Shown here piece after piece: positions 12,061 through 21,393 of a DNA stretch of 57,038 nucleotides. Numbering within the stretch: position 1 is the first letter of the stretch; each line of letters opens with the position of its first letter. Made by a program: the position numbers and the translations under genes. The DNA is from Candidatus Udaeobacter sp. (GTDB lineage Bacteria; Eisenbacteria; RBG-16-71-46): the NCBI GenBank assembly GCA_035496475.1, contig DATJEP010000021.1, positions 1-57,038 on the forward strand, given 5' to 3'. A model generated the notes under the pieces. It searched no databases, was not told the DNA's origin, and saw only the letters and a list, made by a program, of their open reading frames with translations.

Positions 12061-12884
12061 GTCTTCCCTTCCTGAAGATGCACGGCGCCGGCAACGACTT
12101 CATCGTCATCGATCACCGTGACGGCGACCTCGGCCCCGATCTCGAGCAGCGGGTGGCGCGACTCTGCGATCGCCGGCGGGGAGTGGGAGCCGACGGCGTC
12201 CTGCTGCTCGAGCGCGATCCCGAGCTCGATTTCGCGATGCGATACTTCAACTCCGACGGCCGGCCGGCGGAATTCTGCGGCAACGGGGCGCGCTGCCTGG
12301 CGAGGCTCGCGCTCGATCTCGGTCTCGGTCGCTCGGGAACCGTGCGCTTCCGCACCGAAGCCGGCGTTCAGTCGGCGCGCCGAACCGCGGACGGCCGCGG
12401 TATCGAGCTCCATTTCGGGCGGATCGAGGCGCCGGGCGATCCCGTCACGCTCGAAGCCGCGGGCCGGACGTTCGAAGGCCGTATCGCCGTCGCCGGCGTT
12501 CCCCATCTCGTGATCGCGGTCGAGCGGGTGGAGTGGATCCCGGTCGGCGAGTGGGGCAGCGCGCTGCGGCATCATCCGCGCTTCGCGCCGGCCGGAACCA
12601 ATGTGGACTTCGTCGCCCGGCTGGGTGGCTCGCGGATCGCGATGCGCACGTACGAGCGCGGCGTCGAAGCCGAAACGCTGGCATGCGGCAGCGGCGCGAT
12701 CGCCTCGGCGCTGTGTGCGACGATGGCCGGCGACCGGCCGCCGATCGCCGTCGTCACCGCCGGTGGCGACGAGCTTCTGGTCGGCCTGAAGCCGATCGAC
12801 GATGCGTGGGACGCGACTCTGTCGGGCCCTGCCGAAGTGGCGTTCTCCGGTGCGTGGAACGAGCCCGCGCCGGTCGGATCCTGA
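12057..12884 (+). CDS. dapF: diaminopimelate epimerase
   Basis: FLKMHGAGNDFIVID, FNSDGRPAEFCGNGARCLARL, and a second catalytic Cys context ETLACGSGA. Confidence 0.92.
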   Translation: MSLPFLKMHGAGNDFIVIDHRDGDLGPDLEQRVARLCDRRRGVGADGVLLLERDPELDFAMRYFNSDGRPAEFCGNGARCLARLALDLGLGRSGTVRFRTEAGVQSARRTADGRGIELHFGRIEAPGDPVTLEAAGRTFEGRIAVAGVPHLVIAVERVEWIPVGEWGSALRHHPRFAPAGTNVDFVARLGGSRIAMRTYERGVEAETLACGSGAIASALCATMAGDRPPIAVVTAGGDELLVGLKPIDDAWDATLSGPAEVAFSGAWNEPAPVGS

Positions 12885-12894
12885 GGAGGCAATC

Positions 12895-13794
12895 ATGTTC
12901 GACGGACTGACGGTCGCGATGGTGACGCCGTTTCGCGGCGGCGAGATCGATTACGAAGCGACCGAATCGCTGATCGACTTCATGATCGACGGCGGAGTGC
13001 AGGGCCTCGTCGTCTCGGGCTCGACCGGCGAAGCGGCGACCTGCTCGGTGGACGAGCGCCGGCGCCTGTGGGGCTTCACGAAGACGCGGGTGCGGGGCCG
13101 TGTGCCGGTGGTCGCCGGGACGGGAACGAACTCGACTTCGGAGAGCATCACGCTGACGCGCATCGCCGAAGAGATCGGTCTCGATGGGGCGATGATCGTG
13201 ACGCCGTTCTACAACAAGCCGACTCCGAAGGGCCAGATCGCGCACTTCGCCGCGGTCGCGAAGAGCACGAAACTGCCGCTCATCCTCTACAACGTGCCGG
13301 GACGGACGGCGACCAACACGCTGCCCGACACGCTGGCCGAGGTTCAGCACCTTCCGAACATCGTGGCGGTCAAGGAGGCTTCGGGCAGCCTCGACCAGGC
13401 CAGCGCGGTTCGCGCGCGCACGCGGCTGACGCTGCTCTCGGGCGACGACTCCCTGACGCTGCCGATGATCGCGATCGGCGCGACCGGCGTGGTGTCGGTC
13501 GCCGGCAACGTCGCCCCCGCGGCGATGCGGGCGCTGTGCGACCACGCCCGCGCCGGCCGGATCGCGGAAGCGGAGGCGCTGCATCGGCGGCTGATGCCGC
13601 TGTTCAAGGCGCTGTTCGTCGAGTCGAACCCGGGTCCGGTCAAGTTCCTGCTCTCGGCGATGGGCCGGATCGCGAACGAGCTGCGACTGCCGCTGGTTCC
13701 GGTCGAGCCCTCGACCGAGTCCGTGCTGCTCGCCGCCGCGGCCGCCTGCGGACTCACCACCACCGCATCGACTCCGGCCAGCGCCCGGGCATGA
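12895..13794 (+). CDS. dapA: 4-hydroxy-tetrahydrodipicolinate synthase
   Basis: MFDGLTVAMVTPF...GVQGLVVSGSTGEAAT...ILYNVPGRT...AVKEASG, with GAGGAGG upstream of ATG 12895. Confidence 0.95.
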   Translation: MFDGLTVAMVTPFRGGEIDYEATESLIDFMIDGGVQGLVVSGSTGEAATCSVDERRRLWGFTKTRVRGRVPVVAGTGTNSTSESITLTRIAEEIGLDGAMIVTPFYNKPTPKGQIAHFAAVAKSTKLPLILYNVPGRTATNTLPDTLAEVQHLPNIVAVKEASGSLDQASAVRARTRLTLLSGDDSLTLPMIAIGATGVVSVAGNVAPAAMRALCDHARAGRIAEAEALHRRLMPLFKALFVESNPGPVKFLLSAMGRIANELRLPLVPVEPSTESVLLAAAAACGLTTTASTPASARA

Positions 13795-14585
13795 TTGCGA
13801 TCGTTCTGATCGGCGCCGGAGGACGCATGGGCCGCGCGGTCGACGAGGCGGCCCGGCTGAACGACGCGTTCTCGATCCGGGCGCGGGTGGACCGCGCCGC
13901 GCCGCCGGCCGCCACGATTCCACCCGATGCGAACTCGAGCGCGGCCTCCGGGGTATGGAGCGAAGACGCCGCGAGCGTGGTGCGGGCCGGGGACGTGGTG
14001 ATCGAGTTCAGCAGTCCGGAAGGCTGCCGCACCGCCGCGAGGCTGTGCGCGGAGCGGGGCGCCGCACTGGTCAGCGGCACGACCGGCCTCGGTCCCGAGG
14101 ACGAGCGGGCGGTTCGCGAAGCCGCGGCGCGCGTGGCGGTCCTCCGGGCGGCGAACTTCAGCCTCGGCGTCGCCGCGCTCCATCGTGCGCTCGAAGCCGC
14201 GATCGCCGCGCTTCCCCCGACATGGGACATCGAGATCGTGGAGCGCCATCATCGGCGCAAGGTCGACAGTCCTTCGGGCACGGCGCTCGGGCTGGCTCGG
14301 CACGCCGGCGAGAAACGCGGACTCGGCGAGTCGGCGCTGAAGCTGGGGCGCAGCGGGCGCACGGGGGAGAGGCCGCGCGACGAGATCGGAGTGCACTCGG
14401 TGCGCGGCGGGAGTCTGGTCGGGGATCACGCCGTGCTGATCGCGGGGGATGGGGAATGGATCGAGATCAGGCACGTGGCCGAAGATCGTTCCGCCTTCGC
14501 GCATGGTGCGCTCGCCGCGGCCCGATTCGTGGCGGCCGCGAAGCCGGGCCTCTATACTATGGACCACGTGCTCGGCTCGAAGTGA
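13791..14585 (+). CDS. dapB: 4-hydroxy-tetrahydrodipicolinate reductase
   Basis: MIAIVLIGAGGRMGRAV..., ERHHRRKVDSPSGTAL, and VHSVRGGSLVGDHAVL. ATGA overlap with dapA. Confidence 0.9.
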   Translation: MIAIVLIGAGGRMGRAVDEAARLNDAFSIRARVDRAAPPAATIPPDANSSAASGVWSEDAASVVRAGDVVIEFSSPEGCRTAARLCAERGAALVSGTTGLGPEDERAVREAAARVAVLRAANFSLGVAALHRALEAAIAALPPTWDIEIVERHHRRKVDSPSGTALGLARHAGEKRGLGESALKLGRSGRTGERPRDEIGVHSVRGGSLVGDHAVLIAGDGEWIEIRHVAEDRSAFAHGALAAARFVAAAKPGLYTMDHVLGSK

Positions 14586-14625
14586 CCGCGGACCGGGCGG
14601 CCGCGAAACCCGACCCGGAGTCCCG

Positions 14626-17421
14626 ATGCGTCTGTCCCGCGCGGCGCTGATCGCGCTCCTCGCCGCGATTCCGCTCGCCGCGCCCTCCCTCGTCGGCGCG
14701 CAGGGATTCGGCAAGAACAAGGTCCAGTACGAGCCGCTCGAATGGGCGGTGCTCGAGACGCCCCACGTCCGCCTTCACTATTACGCGGAAGAAGAGAGCC
14801 TGGCGCGGCACCTCGCCGCGTTCGCCGAGAGTGTCTGCGTGGAGTACGACGCGCGCTTCCATGTCGCGCCCCGGCACCGTGTGCCGTTCCTTCTGTACTC
14901 CACGCATCACCTGTTCCAGCAGAGCAACGCGACACCTGAGCTCATCACCGAGGCGGTCGGCGGCCTGACCGAGCTGGTCAAGGGCCGCGTGCTGATTCCG
15001 CACAACGGCTCGTGGACCCGGCTGGTGTGGGTGACGCGTCACGAGCTGACCCACTGGTACATGCTGGAGAAGATCAGCCGCGTGATGCACGACCATCATC
15101 GCAGCCAGCCCTACATGCCGCCGCTGTGGTTCATCGAGGGCATCGCCGAGTACTGCGGCACGCACTGGGACGAGGACGCCGAGGGCCTCCTGCGCGACGC
15201 GGTGATGTCGGGCGAGGCGGTTCCGCTGACGAGGAGCGAGTCGATCTGGGGCTCGGTGCTGATGTACAAGGAGGGGCAGTCCTTCCTGCTCTACGTGCGC
15301 GATCACTACGGCGACTCGCGGATCTTCCAGATCTTCGAGAACTGGTGGCGGGCCGACGATTTCGAGACCGCGTTCCGGATGACGCTCGGGATTCCGTTGG
15401 CGAAGGTCGACGAGGAATGGTTCGCCTCGCTGAGGCGGCACTACTACCCGGTCGCCGCCACCGCCCAGGAGCCGCAGGAGATGTCGCGGCGGATGACGCT
15501 GCACGGCCACTACAATCTCGGACCGCGCGCGATCGCCGAGGGCGCCAAGAACGATTCGACGCTGACGTTCTGCTACTTCGCCGCGGGCGAGAACGGCATT
15601 CATCTCGTCGTCAGCGAGCCGCGCGGTCACGGCCGCCGTCGCGAGCGGCGCCTTCTGAGCGGCGGACAGTCTCCGTCCTACGAATCCTTCCACCTGTTCC
15701 AGAACCGGCCGGACGCGTCGGCCGGGCACATCGTGCTGTCGTCGAAGCACGGCGGGCGCGACGCGCTCTACGTGCTCGACGCGCGGAGCGGCGCGGTCTC
15801 GAGGCGCGCCGAGTTCCCCCAGCTGGTGGCCATCAACGATCCCTGTTTCGTTCCCGGCGATTCCGCGGTGGTGTTCTCGGCGCAGGATTATGGCGGCCGC
15901 AGTGATCTCTACCGCGTGAGCTGGCCCGGCGGCGCGGTGCGGCTGGAGCGGCTGACCGACGACGACTACGACGACCTCGATCCCGACGTCTCGCCCGACG
16001 GCCAATGGGTGGTGTTCGCCTCGGACCGCGGCGATCGGGGCGGCCGCTATTCGCTGTTCCGCCTCTCGCTCAGGGGCGGGGAACCGGAGCGGCTGAGCGA
16101 TCCGCCGCACGGCGACGACCGGCAGCCCGCCTATTCGCCGGACGGGCGCTGGATCGCGTTCCGCTCGACGCGCGACGGCACCAGCGATCTCTACATTCGA
16201 TCGACGACGCCTTCGCCGGAGGTGAGGCGCGTGTCGCGCCTGATCGGTCCGGCCAGTGATCCCGACTGGCTGCCGGGGAGCGAGGGCCTGCTCTTCACCG
16301 CCGAGAACGCGATCACGTTCCAGACCTATTCGGTGCGGTTCAAACCCGACACGCTGGCGGTCTCGACCGAAGGGCACGAGGCGCCGGCGCCCGCGCTGAC
16401 CACGCTGAGATACGACGGACCGGCGCGCCCCTACGAGCGACACCTGAGCCTCGACCTGGTGCAGAACGCGGTCGCGCTCGACCCCGTGCTCGGCACCAAC
16501 GCCGCGGCGCAGATCGCGCTCAGCGACGTGCTCGGCAACGAGCAGTATCAGATCTTCCTGGCCAACGACGGCGGGCGCTTCGGCGGCAGCTTCTGGGACG
16601 GGCTGGAGGGTTCAGTCACCTACATCAACCAGGGGCAGAGGCTGAACTACGGCGTCGGGGCGTTTCGTCTCACCGAGCTCTACGACGCCGACCTCGATCA
16701 GGTACGCCGCGAGCAGCGCGTGGGCGGGCTCGGAATCGTCAGCTATCCCTTCAATCGCTTCGACCGGATCGAAGCGACGCTGGTGCTGCGGCACGCCGAC
16801 AACCATCTGTTGCGGAGCGGAATCTTCCAGAACGAGAACCTGCTCTCGAACTATCTGACGCTGGTCCACGACAACGTGATGTGGACGCAGACCGGGCCGA
16901 GCACCGGGACGCGCGCCTTCGTTTCCGGAGGATTCACCCGCGATCTCACCTACGCGCAGGGGGACTTCGCCTCGATGCTGGCCGAGGTGCGCCACTATGA
17001 GCTGCCGGTTCCATCGCTGGTGTGGGCCTCACGCGTCCAGGGCCTGAGCAGCGCCGGCCGCGACGCGCAGCGGTTCTATCTCGGCGGCTACGGCTCGATC
17101 GCCGGCTATGACCGGCGCTCGCTCTCCGGCACGCAGACGCTGCTGGTGCAGCAGGAGCTGCGCGCCCCGCTGATCCGCGGCCTGATCGTCGCCGCCCCGG
17201 TGCCGTGGCTGCTGCCGCCGATCGGCGGTGCGGCGTTCGTTCACGGCGCGTGGGCGTGGCAGGCCGGCATTCCGGATCACCTCGGCAGCGCCGGGCTCGC
17301 GGTCTACATCGGCGGCGGTTATTTCCCGGCGTTCCGCTGGGACTACGCCTGGCTGACCAGCGACTTCAAGACGTTCACGCGGCATCCGCGCACGCAGTTC
17401 TGGATCGGCTACAACTTCTAA
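14626..17421 (+). CDS. outer-membrane fusion protein: peptidase-MA-like domain + PD40/TolB beta-propeller + Omp85-type barrel
   Basis: Signal peptide MRLSRAALIALLAAIPLAAPSLVGAQG. HELTH...WFIEGIAEY (HExxH MA clan). PD40 repeats (VSPDGQWVVFASDR, YSPDGRWIAFRSTRDG). C-terminal FYLGGYGSIAGYDRRSLSG..ELRAPL and a terminal WIGYNF beta-signal. Confidence 0.7.
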   Translation: MRLSRAALIALLAAIPLAAPSLVGAQGFGKNKVQYEPLEWAVLETPHVRLHYYAEEESLARHLAAFAESVCVEYDARFHVAPRHRVPFLLYSTHHLFQQSNATPELITEAVGGLTELVKGRVLIPHNGSWTRLVWVTRHELTHWYMLEKISRVMHDHHRSQPYMPPLWFIEGIAEYCGTHWDEDAEGLLRDAVMSGEAVPLTRSESIWGSVLMYKEGQSFLLYVRDHYGDSRIFQIFENWWRADDFETAFRMTLGIPLAKVDEEWFASLRRHYYPVAATAQEPQEMSRRMTLHGHYNLGPRAIAEGAKNDSTLTFCYFAAGENGIHLVVSEPRGHGRRRERRLLSGGQSPSYESFHLFQNRPDASAGHIVLSSKHGGRDALYVLDARSGAVSRRAEFPQLVAINDPCFVPGDSAVVFSAQDYGGRSDLYRVSWPGGAVRLERLTDDDYDDLDPDVSPDGQWVVFASDRGDRGGRYSLFRLSLRGGEPERLSDPPHGDDRQPAYSPDGRWIAFRSTRDGTSDLYIRSTTPSPEVRRVSRLIGPASDPDWLPGSEGLLFTAENAITFQTYSVRFKPDTLAVSTEGHEAPAPALTTLRYDGPARPYERHLSLDLVQNAVALDPVLGTNAAAQIALSDVLGNEQYQIFLANDGGRFGGSFWDGLEGSVTYINQGQRLNYGVGAFRLTELYDADLDQVRREQRVGGLGIVSYPFNRFDRIEATLVLRHADNHLLRSGIFQNENLLSNYLTLVHDNVMWTQTGPSTGTRAFVSGGFTRDLTYAQGDFASMLAEVRHYELPVPSLVWASRVQGLSSAGRDAQRFYLGGYGSIAGYDRRSLSGTQTLLVQQELRAPLIRGLIVAAPVPWLLPPIGGAAFVHGAWAWQAGIPDHLGSAGLAVYIGGGYFPAFRWDYAWLTSDFKTFTRHPRTQFWIGYNF

Positions 17422-17426
17422 GGAGC

Positions 17427-18689
17427 CTAGGGGAAGACGCCGATCGAGATGCCGTAGGGCTGCGAGAATCCTCCGGTGTGCTGGAGCACCACGCCGGTGG
17501 GGGAGATCACCGCCACTTCTCCGTGCGCGAGCAGCGTCACCCAGGCGTTGCCGCTCTGGGGATCGACCGCGACCTCACGCGGCTCGCCGAGGCCGGCGAC
17601 CCGGAACTCGAGCGACGCGTCACGGCGCAGCGCGACCACCGCGTTCCCCGCCGCGTCCGCCACCCAGATCCTGCCGCGTCGCGGATCGACGGCGATGCCG
17701 ATCGGCCCTGAAGCCGCGGTCGAGCTGTCACGCGTCGCGGGCGTGTTCGAGATCACGAACACCTTCCCGGTGGTGAACGAGGTGACCCACGCCGCATGAG
17801 TCACCGAGTCGACGTCGACGCGCGAGGGCGCGGCGAGATCGACCGATCCCGCCGCCGTTCCGGACACGAGGAAACGCCGGACGCGATTGCCGCCGCGCTC
17901 GCACACCCACACCGATCGATCGAGGGGATCGGTGGCGACGTCGAGCGGCTGGCTGATGCCGGAAAGCTCGAATGGCGAGGCGGAGGATCCATCGTCCTGA
18001 AAATGGCGAAGGGCGTCGAGCTGCGCATCGCAGACCCAGCCGCTCCCGTCCACGGGATCGAGCGCGATCGCGCCGGGGTCGCTGACCGCGCTGATCGACA
18101 CGCGCTGCCCCGAGGAAGGCGTGACGACGATGACGTGGCTGCTGAGGGGGTCCGAGATCCACAGGCGATCGCGTACCGCGTCGGCGGCGACGTCGCTGGG
18201 TCCGCTCACGAAGGTGTCGGTACTCAGGATGTGGTGGCCGTCGGAGGTCATCAGCTCGACCCCGGGCCGCCCATAGTCGGCCACCCACGGCATCAGCGGC
18301 CCCGGCGTCGCGTCATCCTCGGCCGGCAGCCCGCCGCTGCCGCCGGCGAACACGTAATACAGGCGATAGAAATGATCCACGCCGTTCTGCAGGCCGAAGT
18401 CGCCGCGCTGGGTCGTGCCGGCCGGGATCAGTCCGCCGAGCGCGGTGAACGTGCTCTCGCGTTCGGTCCGCCGGTAGAGCTGGTAGCCGACCAGGCCGCT
18501 GGTCTCGGTCGCGCTCCAGCGCAGCGTGACCGCCGAGTTCTGGGCCAGCGCTTCGAAGCCGGGAGGCCGCCCGCCGGTCACCGGGTTCGCGGGATCGAAG
18601 GGATTCAGCCGCTCACGCTTTCCGCAGCCGGGCAGCGCGGCCAGCGCGATCAGCGCCGCGAGCGCTAGAAGTTCAGGGCGAGGGCGCAT
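17427..18689 (-). CDS. lipoprotein with Fn3-like domain and six-bladed NHL/YncE-like beta-propeller
   Basis: Lipobox ALPGC. Fn3-like segment VTLRWSATETSGLVGYQLYRR. Six repeats of the xxWVxD type (RLWISDP, GSGWVCDA, RSVWVCER, HAAWVTSF, GRIWVADA, GNAWVTLL). Confidence 0.6.
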   Translation of the reverse strand: MRPRPELLALAALIALAALPGCGKRERLNPFDPANPVTGGRPPGFEALAQNSAVTLRWSATETSGLVGYQLYRRTERESTFTALGGLIPAGTTQRGDFGLQNGVDHFYRLYYVFAGGSGGLPAEDDATPGPLMPWVADYGRPGVELMTSDGHHILSTDTFVSGPSDVAADAVRDRLWISDPLSSHVIVVTPSSGQRVSISAVSDPGAIALDPVDGSGWVCDAQLDALRHFQDDGSSASPFELSGISQPLDVATDPLDRSVWVCERGGNRVRRFLVSGTAAGSVDLAAPSRVDVDSVTHAAWVTSFTTGKVFVISNTPATRDSSTAASGPIGIAVDPRRGRIWVADAAGNAVVALRRDASLEFRVAGLGEPREVAVDPQSGNAWVTLLAHGEVAVISPTGVVLQHTGGFSQPYGISIGVFP

Positions 18690-19087
18690 CGGCGAGAATC
18701 GAGGAGGACGCCGACGCTCGAGCCGTGCGAATGACGGATGAATCGCAGCGTGAGGCCGGTGGCGAGAAGCACGTTCCCCGTCACGAGCGAAGCGCTCGAG
18801 AGCCGGTCGAAGCGCGTGGTCCGGTCGTAGAGGTCGGTGATGCGTGCGGGATCGCTGGCCGCGAGGTATTCGTCGTAGCTGCGATCGGCCGTGCGTTCGA
18901 ACGCGAAGGAGGCCGCGATCAGCGCCACGCCCGAGACCATCGAGACGTTCGCGAGCCGGTGCGATTCGTGTCGCGTCGGGGGCACGTTGACGACCGGAAA
19001 CGGACCGGCCGTCTGCGCGAGGGCGCAGGCGGCCGGGACCAGGATTCCGCACAGAGCCGCGATGCTGCCGGCCCGGAAGCGCTTCAT
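18665..19087 (-). CDS. small secreted/outer-membrane hypothetical protein
   Basis: 140 aa with signal peptide MKRFRAGSIAALCGILVPAACALA and a C-terminal ...ALALNF. Lies 10 nt downstream of rpsT, and its 3' end overlaps the next gene by 25 nt. Confidence 0.45.
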   Translation of the reverse strand: MKRFRAGSIAALCGILVPAACALAQTAGPFPVVNVPPTRHESHRLANVSMVSGVALIAASFAFERTADRSYDEYLAASDPARITDLYDRTTRFDRLSSASLVTGNVLLATGLTLRFIRHSHGSSVGVLLDSRRCALALNF

Positions 19088-19097
19088 GCCAGGGCTC

Positions 19098-19355
19098 TCA
19101 CCCCGGAAGGCGGGCGGCGAAACGCGCCAGACGCGCCTTGTGGCGGTTGGCGGTCTCCTTCTTGATGATGCCCTTCGCGGCGCCGCGGTCGAGCACCGAG
19201 CAGGCGTTGCGATAGGCGGCCTGCGCGTCGGCGCGCGTGGTCGAGGCACGCAGATCCCGCACGGCATTGCGCATGCGGGAGCGGGCCGCGACGTTGCGGA
19301 CGCGGGCTTTCTCGTTGGTGATGACTCGCTTGGCCGCGGATTTGTGATGCGGCAT
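19098..19355 (-). CDS. rpsT: 30S ribosomal protein S20
   Basis: 85 aa, MPHHKSAAKRVITNEKARVRN...AAKGIIKKETANRHKARL. Confidence 0.95.
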   Translation of the reverse strand: MPHHKSAAKRVITNEKARVRNVAARSRMRNAVRDLRASTTRADAQAAYRNACSVLDRGAAKGIIKKETANRHKARLARFAARLPG

Positions 19356-19515
19356 GCCCTGTCCTCCGTGAGCTCCGTGAGATCGATCGAGTTCGAGCCC
19401 GAGGACACTACGGGGCCGCGCGCTTCGCTGTCAAGGCTCGCGCGATGCGAACCGCGTTGTGCGCTGGCCAAACGCGGTGTAAGGTTCCAAGCCTCGTGAA
19501 TCCTCCGAGTACCGT

Positions 19516-21393
19516 GTGGGGGTCCGATTGAGCGCGTTGGACGACAAAGTCCAGAATCTCCCTGCCGTTCCGGGGGTTTACCTGTTCAAGGACGCCTCCG
19601 GGAAGGTGCTCTATGTCGGCAAGGCCAAGAGCCTTCTGCACCGGGTCCGGAGCTATCTCAGCCTGGACAGTCCGCTTCCCCACATCGCCGAGCTGATGTC
19701 GCGTGCCGTCGACGTGGACACCATCCTGACCGACACCGAGGCCGAGGCCCTGCTGCTCGAGGCCACGCTGATCCGGCAGCATCGGCCGCACTACAACATC
19801 CTGCTCAAGGACGACAAGAGCTATCCCTACGTGAAGATCAGCGTTCAGGAGGAATTCCCGCGGCTTTCGGTCACGCGCCGGGTGCTGAACGACGGGGCCC
19901 GCTACCTCGGGCCCTACACCGACGTCAAGAGCCTGCGCCGGATGCTGCGCGAGATCCGCCGCATCTTTCCGGTCCGAACCTGCCGGAACTTCGAAGATTA
20001 TCGCCGCTCGAACCGGCCGTGCCTGTACTTCCACATTGGCCGGTGCGTCGGTCCGTGCACCACGCGCTCCAAGGTCAGCCGCGATGAATACCGGGCGCTG
20101 GTCGACGGGCTCCTCTGGTTCCTGACCGGCCGCGATCAGGAGCTGATGCACCGCCTTCGCGCCGGCATGGAAGAAGCGTCGGCCGCGCGCCGGTACGAAC
20201 AGGCGGCGCGCCTGCGCGATCAGATCGAGCTGCTCGAGAAGATGCGCGCCCCTCAGAGCGTGATGACCCTCCACGCCAAGGACGCCGACGTGCTCGGCAT
20301 CGCGCGCTTCGGCTCGCGAGCGGCGGTGGCGGCGCTGCTCCTGCGCGGCGGCCGCGTGGTGGGGAAGGAGACCCGCGTGCTCGACCATGTCGAGGGTCGC
20401 GCCGACGCCACGGTGCTGGCCTCCTTCATCGCTCAACACTACCTCGGTCTCGCGACGCCTCCGCGCCGCCTCGTCGCGGACGCGCCGCCCGAGGATCAGG
20501 AGACGCTGCTCGATGCGCTTTCGCGCCGCGCCGGCGGACGGGTCGAGCTGTCGGTGCCTCAGCGGGGACGCGAGCGGCTGCTGCTCAGGAACGCGGAGCG
20601 GAACGCCGCGCTCGCGCTCGAGGATCTCGAGGCGCGGGCGGCGGGACGACGTGCGCGACACTCGCCCGAGATGCTCGAGCTGCAGCGCCTGCTCGGATTG
20701 GCCCGCCCGCCTCAGCGCATGGTCTGCTTCGACATCTCGAACCTCGGCGCCGATCATGCGGTCGCGGCGATCGTGGCGAGCGAGAACGGCGCACCGCGCC
20801 GCGGTCTCTACCGCCGCATGCGCATCCGGCGTCCCGGTCCCGACGACTTCGCCATGATCGGCGAAGCGGTCGAGCGCTACTGGACCCGGGTCGAATCCGG
20901 CGAGATGCCGCGTCCCGATCTGGTCGTGATCGACGGCGGCCTCGGTCAGCTCGGCGCGGCGCGCGCCGCGCTCGACCGCGTGGCCACGCGGCCGGTCGAC
21001 CTGATCGCCTTGGCGAAGCGCGAGGAGACGGTGGTGCGCGAGAACGCGTCTCCTCTCCGGCTGCCGCGGCGGAGTCCCGCGCTGCGCGCGCTGCAGCGGC
21101 TGCGCGACGAGGCCCACCGGTTCGGACTTTCCTACCACCGTCTGCTGCGCACGCGCTCGCGGCTGGTGAGCGACGTCGATCGTGTCGAGGGTGTGGGTCC
21201 GGCGCGCCGCGCGGCGATGCTCAAGGCCTTCGGCTCGGTGGCGGCGTTGCGTGAGGCCGAGCCGGCCGAGATCGCGGAACGGGCTGGATTACCGCTGGCG
21301 GTCGCGGAGCGCGTGGTCCGCGTGCTGGGCGCGGCGCATGAAGCGGACGAAACGAGCGAAGGCCACGCCGCCGGCGAGCGGAGGCGCGCGTGA
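19516..21393 (+). CDS. uvrC: excinuclease ABC subunit C
   Basis: GIY-YIG start (PGVYLFKDASGKVLYVGKAKSL), a UVR domain (YEQAARLRDQIELL), and C-terminal endonuclease plus HhH regions. Confidence 0.95.
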   Translation: MGVRLSALDDKVQNLPAVPGVYLFKDASGKVLYVGKAKSLLHRVRSYLSLDSPLPHIAELMSRAVDVDTILTDTEAEALLLEATLIRQHRPHYNILLKDDKSYPYVKISVQEEFPRLSVTRRVLNDGARYLGPYTDVKSLRRMLREIRRIFPVRTCRNFEDYRRSNRPCLYFHIGRCVGPCTTRSKVSRDEYRALVDGLLWFLTGRDQELMHRLRAGMEEASAARRYEQAARLRDQIELLEKMRAPQSVMTLHAKDADVLGIARFGSRAAVAALLLRGGRVVGKETRVLDHVEGRADATVLASFIAQHYLGLATPPRRLVADAPPEDQETLLDALSRRAGGRVELSVPQRGRERLLLRNAERNAALALEDLEARAAGRRARHSPEMLELQRLLGLARPPQRMVCFDISNLGADHAVAAIVASENGAPRRGLYRRMRIRRPGPDDFAMIGEAVERYWTRVESGEMPRPDLVVIDGGLGQLGAARAALDRVATRPVDLIALAKREETVVRENASPLRLPRRSPALRALQRLRDEAHRFGLSYHRLLRTRSRLVSDVDRVEGVGPARRAAMLKAFGSVAALREAEPAEIAERAGLPLAVAERVVRVLGAAHEADETSEGHAAGERRRA

